Positions 1 through 10,759 of a stretch of DNA of 41,949 nt are shown here, one piece after another. A program made the translations under genes and the position numbers. The notes beneath the pieces are model-generated. The model saw nothing but the letters and a program-made list of their open reading frames with translations, was not told the DNA's origin and ran no database searches. Every line of letters starts with the position of its first letter. Position 1 is the stretch's first letter. Source of the DNA: Atractiella rhizophila (Eukaryota); contig MU271259.1 of assembly GCA_021432655.1 (NCBI GenBank), positions 1 to 41,949 of the forward strand. Reading direction: 5' to 3'.

Positions 1-318
1 GCGGGACAGTGGGATCCTGTCACGCTCCCACCTAGCAATACTAATCTCTAATCCACGCTTTGCTTCAAAGTTGTTAACTCCTTGTGACCCATAAACTGTG
101 CCTGCATTCAATCGGCATACTCAAACAGGCCTTATCTTATGTAGCCGACGGCTGTTGGCTGGATTCTTGTCTCCGCTTGCACTCAAACTCTGAGCTTCGC
201 TGAAGTTTCAGCTCATTGGTAATTGTGAGACGTGTGCTGAGTTGAACGATGGGCACGGACGGGCAAAAGGTAGTAAGTCATTCCAGTCCCACAAATGTCT
301 GTTACGTCCTTATCTCTA

Positions 319-1003
319 TCACTTCTTCTTCCGTTCATCTTTCCCCTGCATCCCTGTGGTCGTATTTAAAGCAGTAGGCGGCAGACCTAACAAGTGAAAC
401 AAAGGGTTTACAAGCTCTTCATCTGTCTCCACGACAACAGCCCTTCCTTCCACACCGAGCCCGTGGCTTGCTCCAGAAGAGCTCGAAGCTGATGGTCCCG
501 AGCTTCGAAGCTTATTGCTCCCCTGTAAAGTCGAAACCTGAGCTGAGGTGGAAGTCTGTGTTGTCTGCCTCTGCAATTGCAGCCTCTCAATTATCGAGAG
601 ATTTGTGTCCGCCTTTGTTTCAAGTTGCGCTGTTTCCGGCCTTCATATTCTGTTTGCGGAAGAGTAAGAAGGCGTACCAATTTTATGCTCTAACGAGATA
701 ATTTTTTCCATTTCTTCAATTTCAGCCCTGTTGTGGACTTCAGGCCACGTGCAATTCATCTCTTCTGGCAATAACTGGTGCAAGTGAGCGGAGCGTGTGC
801 ACGTCCCTTGTAACAGACCATTAGGATACTGTTTTGAGGAAGAAAATAGAGGTTAGCTCACCACAAACCGGTTTGACACCATCACACCTGATCACAGTTT
901 ATTAATGAGACAGACGACATGGAAATTGAACCTACCGCACTTTTCTCGCCTTGCAAACCAAGCATGCATTATTTCTATTCAGCGGAGCTTGCTTCGTATC
1001 CAT
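319..1003 (-). CDS. Zn(II)2Cys6 (GAL4-type) fungal transcription factor; 3' end uncertain
   Basis: Hand-spliced exons 1003-936, 887-862, 806-678 and 629 onward (all GT-AG) give MDTKQAPLNRNNACLVCKARKVRCDGVKPVCGTCTRSAHLHQLLPEEMNCTW. This has six Cys in zinc-cluster spacing, followed by coiled-coil-like EEMEKIISLEHKIAQLETK running into ORF 319..576. Confidence 0.85.
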
Positions 1004-2223
1004 CCTCGACTCCCTGATTGCCGCTAACTCTCCTCTCGGTATCCATCGTCCTAAAGCAACACTCGTCTTTTCTACCCCTTCGAATCAAGCATTGTATTCG
1101 TCACCATCCCTTTCCGTTAACAAAGTTCGCGCGTCATAGGCTCCCGCGCCAGGAATTGGCGGAGCGACCAGAGCTGTTTCTCGCCACTGACGCTCGAAAA
1201 CTGGCAGAGGAGGTGTTGGCAGAACCAACGCTGCTTCGCACCTCGGCCAACGGAGTGACCGGAGGACCGCTCGCACGCTCAAAACTCCAGGAAGTAGTGT
1301 TCAGGCGATTAGATGGCTATTGATGACTGCAGATCCATGTCCTTGCTTGCTGAGATTATGTGAGGCAAAGTTCACATACGGATATCCGGACGGCAGAGAA
1401 AGTGCGAAGGCATTTGGAATACTTAATATTTCGAGGTCGCCACCAGCTTGCACATCATTACAAGTTCAATCCACATACAGTAGAGATAGTCGCAGTATAA
1501 GAGTTATGGTAAATGGAAAGAATATTGACAGTGGGAGAACGCCATCGGTCATTTTAAGTTCATTTCATCAAACCAGACGTTGACGATTGAATCCTAGCAT
1601 TCGCGAAATCATAAAAAGTATTAATCCCCATGTTAGCAATGAACTGGTGCGCCAGTGGATAGTAATAGAAAGGAAAATATTGCAAGGTTACTCATAAATT
1701 GAGAATAGCTGTAGGAAAGGTACTGGAAATGTTTAAACATTGTTGCTGCCTATCCGTAGGCAGCATTAGACTAGCTCGCCTTAAATCAATTCGATGTGAT
1801 CAACCATCTCCATAACCAATCATTTCCCATTGTGCTCACAAAGCAATCACCGGTAGCTAATTCAAGTTGGTTTAACTCGAGCAAGGAGACAACAAGAATA
1901 AAGCTGATAAAGTGTCGTGTTCTCAGGGAGCCTATTTCATTCTACATATCATTCAATTACTACAACGTTCACACACGATATTGGCTGAGTATTGGTCTGG
2001 CTGAGCGGCTGAGCATTGTCCTCTCAGCACCAGCACTTGTGGCAGCACAGTAATGTCACATCTCGTCGCCAATTGCTAAATCAGGAAGACGGCGCTGCCA
2101 CCCATAACTTGAGCAGCATGTTTCAACACTTGCCAGTGCATGCCTTGGGGCTTTCTTCACGCAGCGAGACGATTCCTTGCTGTACAATCTCTCTCCCAAG
2201 TGCGCCACTGGCAATCACGTAAA

Positions 2224-5200
2224 ATGACTTCGCAATATCCCAAATCATACGGAAATTTCGACTTGCTGATTGGTCCCGTGAAAGACTCGACCAGTGAAGC
2301 GGAATTGGTACTGTGGAGAAGTAGAAAGAGTGGGTTGAAAGTTGCTCTCGTAGCCGATGATGGTTCGTCACTGCAATGGATCCCCTGCACTCAAACAAAA
2401 CAAAAATACAGGACCTTTAGTGGAGGGGTATTTTACCGGTAGGCACTTCGTTCGGACTCAGTGATTAACTTGGACAATTGCCTAATGTCATCTTTGTAGT
2501 TGCGACTGAGATTTTTGACGAGTATGCTGGCCGATCGTTCCCAGATTCAGCAGACGTTTGGCTCACATCGTTTCTCCAGTTCTGGGAGGCCGCATACACT
2601 TGAACAGTCTGTCTGTCTCTATATCCTGGGATCCTAAATATCTGATGCGTCTAGTATAGCCTAATCTTTCTGGGAAGCGAAAAATACCCTTACAAAGGAG
2701 TATTGGATACCCTTGCAAACCGCTCATTTGCCCAAGGGTAAGTGAAATTATTGTAGTCAATATCAGGACCTGACCCGATTTTCCGTACAGAACGAATGCC
2801 TGGACAGATACCACGCATACGTGGGTCCTCCTCTATCAATGAAGCTCAACTGAGAGTTGTCACAGATGCTACACCATGAGCACGGCTGGTCAGGAGGGAT
2901 TTTTGAAGCTTCTTCCAGGTTCATTTTTACCTCAGTTGATTTTCTCATCTAACAACTTGCAGTATATGTGGATCATCTGCTCTACCCGTACGAAGTTGAA
3001 TTTGTTCAACCTTAACTCAAATGGGTATCAGCACTCTGACGGATTCTGGATTCACGACAGAGGTATACTCAACATCCATAAAGTTGAAATTCTGGCTTAT
3101 GCGCCACTGTGTAGGTATTCCACATAAATGGTTTGGGTCAGGAGGCGGGCGTTGTCTTTTCCGAAATGCAGGGTCGAGAGAATACGAGCTACGATCTGAT
3201 GGCACTACAGTCAGTCTGGTCCATTTTGTTAATGACCACTACTGATGCTGGGACTCTTAGGACACAGCGCCTGATATATCCAGAAGGCAGTGGATATCGA
3301 AGTGAGACTGGGGGGCTTATGGAGAAGCTGCGCGTCCTGGACTGCCAACAGAGTATTTTCTCAGTTTGGCTTGATGACTTGATTCACAGTTGATATGCAG
3401 TTCGGGACTATCATTCACACACATACGTGCCGCACAACGTACTGTTGCTGGTCGTTGGGTCTGTTAATCCCCAGGAACTTCTTGAGACTCTTCAGAGGAC
3501 AGTTGAAATTTCAGCAGAAGGACACGGACAAGCTCACGGTCCCACGGGGCCATCCGAATGGAAACGACCATGGGTTGAAACCCCTTCGGCTTATCGTGAA
3601 CCGAGGAAGCTTGTAGAGAAGATTGACGTTATTGAGTTTCCGGACGAAGAAGATGACGAAGAAGGGATGGGGGAGGTCGTCATTACTTGGCTTGGACCTT
3701 TGACGAGAGTATGTGGCACTGGTCACCTCAATAACGGCTAACTGTGCGCTGCAGGATTTTCTGTCTCATAAAGCACTGGATATTCTTTCGGATTACCTCG
3801 CCGACAGTGCTATTTCACCTTTCTATAAAGAATTGGTAGACATAGACGAGCCAATCTGTACACATCTCTATTTCTCCCTCAACGACGCCCAACAAATTAC
3901 GATCGACCTCAATCTATCTTCCGTCCCAGTTGGTGCTTTGAACTCAGTGACTACGAAAGTCAAGGCTTTGCTCAAAAAGGTCCAAAACGACGGAATCGAC
4001 ATGGCAAGGATGAAGGCTGTGTTGAGGAGGAATCGAGCAAAAATTTTAGATTCGGGAGAGACGTCCTTGCCGAGCTCTTTTGCAGACAGCATGATTTCAG
4101 GCGAGCACTTTCTGCCGCTTCAGGCTAACATTTAACAACAAAGGCAGACTTTTTATACGGTCAGAGGGAGGGAGAGGATATTCCTCATCTACTCAACGAT
4201 ATTCAAATGTACAAGGAACTCGATGATTGGGGAAGAGAGGAGTGGCTTCAATTGCTGCGAAAGTACGCCATATTGTTGCCCGCTGGCGCTGACTGAGAAC
4301 AAACCCAGATGGCTCATCGAACCAGAATTCGTAGCAGTGGTTGGAAAACCTTCTGAGAAGTTGTCGGAAGAACTGAAAGCGGCGAACGAAAGACGACTGG
4401 AAGAGACAAAAAAGACCTATGGTGAAGAGGGATTGAAGAAGCTGGAGGAAGCCCTGAAATCTGCTCAAGAGAAAAATGATCGGAAGATTCCAGTAGAAAT
4501 GCTCAAGAGCTTTAAAATACCCAACGTGGATCAGGTGCGGTGGTACGATGTGAAGACTGCAAGAAGTCGTGGAGTTGCTAAAGATACGAAGGATCGATCA
4601 GCGATAAATCCTGAACTTCAATCCCAAATAGATGAGGAAGGAACTTCCAGTCCCTATTTTATACAGTTCGATCGTTCGTCCTTTATCACTGTCTCCTGCC
4701 ATGTTTCTCACCATGCTTTCAGATGTCAAGTCAAATTTTGTCACCATCCGCTTCTACATGTACCCTTCAAACGTGCCAGAACACCTCCTAGCCCTTCTTG
4801 CGATCTGGAATGCGGCATTCTATCACCTCCCTCTCGTCCGCGCCGACGGTAGACGCCTCGAATACGAAGAAGTGATAACGGGATTGGATGAGGATACGGT
4901 AGAATATTCAGCACATACTGGGTGGAGTGCTCTACAGGAGCTGATGGTGGTGCGCTTGAAAGTGGAGAAGGACAACTATGAAAAGGGGGTTCACTGGTGT
5001 GTATCTTTTCCGCTGCGTAGAGGTGATAGGGAAGCTTGAATAGGATGAGAGACTTGTTGTGGGGGACCGAATTCGACTTGGACCTGTAGGATTTCTCTCT
5101 GTATTCCTCTCACCAACTCAGCATGGTGCAGGATCAAGATTGAAGCCACGAAACTGCGACAGTCGCTCTCCGCCGAAAAGCGTGATGGCGCAACTATGGC

Positions 5201-6573
5201 TAGCGCTCTGTTTGATGACATGACCCTGGAGAGCACTAAATCGTTGAAGGTGTCAATGGGAATGTTTGCGCTCATGGAATATATGCCAGCATTCTTTGAG
5301 AGGTTGGAGGAGGATCCAGCTCAGCTCAAGAAGGATTTCGAGCAACTTAGACGATGTTTTGTTGACCCTGCCAATATGCGGATATCTGTTATTGGAGATA
5401 TCGCTGGCTTGAAGAACCCCTCTTCCACCTTCGCCAGCTTCAAATGTGATAAAGTGCGTCCTATTTCCCTTCCGAGCACTTGCTGATCATGTAACAGGAT
5501 CCGATATATCGACAGCCTTATCTTGCCCAGGCTGTCCTAAGTGAATTAGGCAAGAACCCTTCAAAGAGGGTACGTCCCATCCATTCCATTGAATGGATAA
5601 TCATCAATAATTTCAGGCCATCATTCTCGCAATGGGTTCAATCGAAAGCAGTCACGCATACCATGCATGTAAAGGCGAGTATTCAAAGCCATCTTCAAGA
5701 CTAGGAACAACTCACCTTCTTACAGGACCTACCGCATGGGACCATCCCGACATCCCTGCACTTCTTGTACTGCAAGGGATCCTGAACGATATGGAAAACT
5801 TTTTCTGGCGCAGTAAAGATCTCAGCTCTAGTCAGGAAAGCTTTTCCTGACAAGGTGTTGCAGATGTCCGTGGAGAAGGTTTGGCATACGGCTGCAGCAT
5901 CTCCTTGAACATCGACACAGGTCTTGTCTACCTGAATATCTATCGGGCTCCAATGGCTTCAAAGGCTTTCTTGGCTGCAAAAGAGTTGGTCGATAGGGTC
6001 GAGAGAGGAGAGGTACACTTATCGCGTTCTTCGTACGACCCAGTTGACTCGCTTCGTATTAGATCGAAATTGATGATATTACGATCGAGAGCGTGAAGAG
6101 TAGCTTGGTTTATGGTACCGCCGAGCAGGAGAAGACGCGTCCAAAGGCTGTCCGTTTGTTTTATTGCTCGTTTCAGGTTCATTGACAATGCTCCAGGCAA
6201 GTTCTTCTTTTATCAATCAAGCCCTCAAAGGTGTTGGGCCATTCTTCAAACGTGATCGATTATCTCTCATTGCTGTAAGTGACTTTGTTGCTCTCTTGCA
6301 GCAACTGACTCAGTTGCGTCGGAACGTCTTTCGTAGACCGTAACACCCGAAGATTGTTTGCGAGTCCTCAAGAAGTGGGTTTCGCCACTTTTCAATCCCG
6401 CAACCTCAATCGCTGCTGTCGCGGCTTCAAAAGCAACAGTTGGAGATATAGAAGATGCGCTGAAGAACGTCGGCTACCAGGTTGAAGTCAGAACTTTGGC
6501 TCCTACCAATGGTGACGGATCGGAAGAGGAGAGTGATTTCGAGAGCGAGGAGGAGTCCAACTCGGAAGAATGA
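2224..6573 (+). CDS. M16C (pitrilysin/insulysin clan) zinc metallopeptidase, Sdd3/YOL098C-like; many introns
   Basis: Spliced N-terminus reads ATEIFDDSGRPHTLEHLIFLGSEKYPYKGVLDTLANR...TNAWTD...TAGQEGFLKLLP, with the inverted HxxEH zinc motif. Also GVVFSEMQGREN, GYRSETGG and GLAYG. Ends in an acidic tail at TGA 6571-6573. Confidence 0.9.
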
Positions 6574-6639
6574 CGTTACATTTCTCTTTCAATAGATGCA
6601 TAGTGCCATCATCTGATCCCCAATTCCTTCCATGTTATG

Positions 6640-6710
6640 ACGCGAACCGTAGGTCGTAAGATCTTGAAGGACGCGTAGGTATGTTGTGGTCACGTGAATC
6701 TACCACGCGG
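6640..6710 (+). promoter_or_regulatory. Cluster of MCB-like elements plus an E-box upstream of the RecQ gene
   Basis: ACGCGA 6640-6645, ACGCGT 6671-6676, TCACGTGA 6690-6697 and ACGCGG 6705-6710, all within about 155 bp of ATG 6794. Confidence 0.5.
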
Positions 6711-6793
6711 TTCCGACGTGAACATCAGAGATGGCTTTCTAGAGGAAGCGCCTGTTTGATTGTCTCTTGATCTGTACCAAAAGCGTTATCGAG

Positions 6794-9700
6794 ATGTCTA
6801 CGAGCTTTCAGCACTTTCTAGGACAATACCACTCCGAATACGACACCACTCCGACCTCGAACGCTCCGACCTCCTCACGAGATCTTTCAACCAAGAAACG
6901 GGCTTCTCCCAATCAGGATGACACTAGAGGGAGGCGGAAAGTGAGAAGGATATCTGAGGAAATCGCAAGCGTGTCTGCAAAAGAAGAGCCATTGCCTTTC
7001 AACGAGTGAGTGTCAGAATTTCACGAAGACGCGAGTTCAATAGGGTCGAAGCGTGTCGCACTCTGCGAAATCCACATCTCGTACTCCTTTCCACCAGAAA
7101 TCTCCCAATTCGGCTGTTCGTATCCCAGTTGAAGATGCCAATCCTTACGCCAGTGCCACACACGTCCAGCATAAGGAATACCTTAAGGCTAGCCATTCTA
7201 TCCTGTTTGCGCTTCGTCCCTTTGCTCATGTGTCCCGTTCAGTACAAGGATGATTCCATAGAGAAACTACGACATGCGTTGGAGTTTGTCCAAGCAGAAT
7301 TGGATTCAGCCACTGAAGTGTTCAAAAACGGTATCATCTCAGGAGATGACACGACTCACCCGCTTTCCTTGATGTAAGCTCCAACTTCCTGGATTCAAGC
7401 TCACATCATAAATGATAGGAATCACTTTGGGTCTCGGTTGCGCCTGCTCCAATTTCTCATCAACGCAAAGTCATCCACTGCGAAGCCAGCTCGCCCTCAG
7501 GTCGGCGCAGACCACAGTGGGGTATCTCAACCCCTCGCTCGAGTTGTCTCAGATCAGTCTGAAAGTTACCAAACGCCTTCCCCATGTCTCTCCCCTTCGG
7601 CACGGATCAAACCTCTTCCATCGCTCGTCGTTGATGAACCGCCGAGTCTCGTTCCCCCTCCTCGTCGAAAGGCCAGACTGGTAGAGTTTGTATCGATGCA
7701 TGAAGATGCTCAGCCGCTCGTCAAGAGCTCATATTTTGAGAAACCCGATCGCACAAAACGGTCTCTTCCGCCCAAGTTCGGCAAGGAGACAGCTACCGAG
7801 AATATTGATGTGACAGAGGAGTCCTCGTTGCCTCGTTCTATTATCAATCTCGATACAACGGACGACTCCTCCATGTCTCGCTCCGCTATCGATGTTAATC
7901 GTGAGGCTTCGGCTCGCAACAGCTCGTTCAGACCTAGCGCTGGAAATACTACGGATGCTGCCATCCTCCCTCCATCGCTGATAACGAGGGCTGCATCCAC
8001 TGCTGCACCTCCGCCTGGCTCCGCAGCCAAGCCAATAGCTCTTAGCTCATCACCAAGGGCATCGACCTCTGCATTAACGATTGACGACGATGAACTCCTT
8101 GACGATGAGGAGTTGCTGGCCATGGAACGGGAGGCATTGGCCAACGCTGCGGTTCCAGGCCGTTTACGACCTGCTCCGGTGGAGAGGTATGTTTGGACAG
8201 ATCAAGTGTTCAATATTCTGCGTTCGCGATTTAAACTCGAATCTTTCCGTACGAATCAATTAGAAGCAATCAACTCTACACTCTCCGGCGAACATACCTT
8301 CGTGCTCATGCCTACAGGTGGCGGAAAGTCTCTGCTCTATCAACTTCCAGCACTCGTCAGTAAAGGGAAAACGAAAGGCGTGACAATTGTAGTCTCCCCA
8401 CTCGTCAGCTTGATTCAAGATCAAGTCCGCAGCCTGGTTGATAAAGACATTCCTGCTATCGCTATCAGTGCAAGTTCGAAGGAGAGCGAGAAGAAGTTTG
8501 TGTGGGAAGATCTGAGACGTCCTGAGCCGATAACGAAGTTGATCTACGTCACGCCAGAAATGGTGTGTAATTCGTTCCACACCGTCGCAGCTACTTAGGA
8601 GCAAGGTAGATCGCGAAAAGTGATAATTTCCGAGACCAGATCTCCAGTCTGCACAAACGCAAGCTCTTTGCAAGGCTGGTTATTGACGAATCACACTGTA
8701 TGTTGTCTCAGTCAGAAAGCTGCGAAAGATCCTTTCTAATTACTAGCCAGGTGTATCCCAATGGGGCCACGACTTTCGTCTGTCACTTCCTTCTGACTCA
8801 ACCAAAAACTGACGTTGTGAGTACAGGTCCCGACTACAAATCTCTGGGAACATGGGCGAAGCAGTTTCCAGGCGTCCCCATCCTCGCTCTCACTGCCACC
8901 GCCAACTCTCGGGTACAAGTTGACATTGTCAACGTGCTGGGCATTAAGGGCTGCAAAGTCTTTAAACAGTCGTTCAACCGACCTAATATTTCCTACGAGG
9001 TCAAGGCTCGCCCAAAAGATTGGAATACAGAGGTTTCAAGATATATTAAGGAAAGGCACAAGAATGAATGCGGGATCATTTACTGCTTCTCAAAGAAAAC
9101 GTGCGAGGAAACGGCTATGAAGCTAAACGAATTGGGACTAAACTGCAGTCATTATCACGCCGTACATTATACATTCTCTTCCATCATTTCCCGTCCTGAC
9201 TGTTCCAATAAGGGCATGTCTGCCAAGGATCGAATGGACGCTCAACAGAAGTGGCAAGAAGAAAAAGTTAAAGTCATCGTTGCCACCATTGCGTTCGCTT
9301 TTCCTCTGTTTTCTCTCCATTTTTGCTGATTCCGACCCTAGGTTTGGCATGGGCATCGATAAAAAGAACTGCCGCTTCGTGATTCATCGATCCATGCCGA
9401 ATTCCCTAGAGGGATATTATCAGGTCTGTTTCTCCCCTGAGCCGACAATGTGTTTTAACATCAGGAATAGGAAACTGGGCGGGCGGGTCGAGATGGGAAG
9501 AAGTCGGAATGTGTTCTTTACTTTTCCAACCAAGATTTTATCTCGCACATCCATATGATTAATTCGGACCGCGATATACCGAGGGAACAGAAGGATCGCA
9601 AGATTGAGAATCTTCATCGCATGCAGTCGTATTGCATAAACACTGTGGACTGTCGGCGAACGCAAGTGCTCCAATATTTCGACGAAAGATTCGATTCCAG

Positions 9701-10594
9701 TAAATGTCGACGGACCTGCGACAACTGCTGTATGGATACTGCGCAGATCAAAGAGGTCGACGTTACCGATCACGCCAAAGCATTAGTGGGAATTGTCAAG
9801 GAGTTTGGAGGTGGAAACGTCACCGCTAGGCAGATTATTGATATTTATCGTGGCAGCAAGAATAAAGCCGTACGTTACTGAACCTTCTCCTTTGTCCTTC
9901 ATCGAAACTTTCTGCAGTTGGTAGACGCTGGTCACAACAGTTCACATTTCTATGGCAAGGGAACGGAGATTAGCAACGGCGATGCTCATCGCTTAATGGT
10001 CATGTTGACCATTGATCGATATATCGAGGACAAGTGCATTTCACGAGGAGATTTCACTCACACCTATGTGGTGGTACGTGCTGAAATATCCTCCTCGTAG
10101 CAACATCTGACAGTCTCAAGTAGCTGGGACCTCAAGGGAACAAGCTTCTTCATGGGAATATAAATGTAAAGATGAACGTTTCTCTGAAGAAGCCGACGAC
10201 CAACGGAGCGGCTCGTTACGAGGCGCCTCCAAGAAGCAAACCGCGAGCTCAACAGGCTGACGACGGAGGCGACTGGACTGTGACGATCGGCACCCGTAAA
10301 AAGGCATCTACCAGTAAACCTGGTCGGGATGTTATTGCGGTGAAAGATGATGAAATGGGCGATCCAGTGGACGAATACTATGAGTAAGGTTCGGAATTTG
10401 ATACTGGGTTCGCAACTGAACAATGTCATAGACCTGCTCGTCCCAAGAAAGCTGTCGAGTCGCGTGCTCCCAAACCTCGTACCACTACCAAAACATCCCC
10501 TTCATCCGGTAGCAAATCTAAGGCCCAGAAGGTGGCCAATCGTCACGGGTTAGGTAGCAAAAAGTCTATTGCCCCCATGTCGCTTCCTAGGTAG
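6794..10594 (+). CDS. SGS1: RecQ-family DNA helicase (Sgs1/BLM/Rqh1-like)
   Basis: Motif 0 FRTNQLEAI, motif [22 protein letters not shown], spliced [58 protein letters not shown] zinc domain CRR...FDE...CRRTCDNC and a winged-helix segment. Confidence 0.92.
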
Positions 10595-10759
10595 CAACAT
10601 CCTATTTTCTGCTCCCGAGTGGAGTTATATGGTATCAGGCTGATTCCCTTGTTCAAATACCGTCGTCAGTAAAACGAATACGAACAAGTAGTATCCATCA
10701 TACTCGGCACTATTTGTACCTTGAATTTGTCAGAGTAAGGTACAGAATACATGAAATTC

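Noticed and set aside
1..35. Overlapping short inverted repeats (GTGGGA...TCCCAC; GACAG...CTGTC) followed by CTAG, reminiscent of a Helitron 3' end or MITE terminus
   Set aside because: The stems are only 5-6 bp, CTAG is not followed by T, the feature is cut by the window edge, and no partner terminus or transposase is visible.
1018..1583. Plus-strand ORFs 1018..1323 and 1320..1583
   Set aside because: They have non-ATG or doubtful starts and no family motif, and they lie in the promoter or leader of the zinc-cluster gene.
7710..8144. Long antisense ORFs (also 11864..12289, 19636..20064, 27041..27736, 31427..31819, 32715..33221)
   Set aside because: These are shadows of real coding exons on the opposite strand, or of low-complexity sequence, with no independent motifs.
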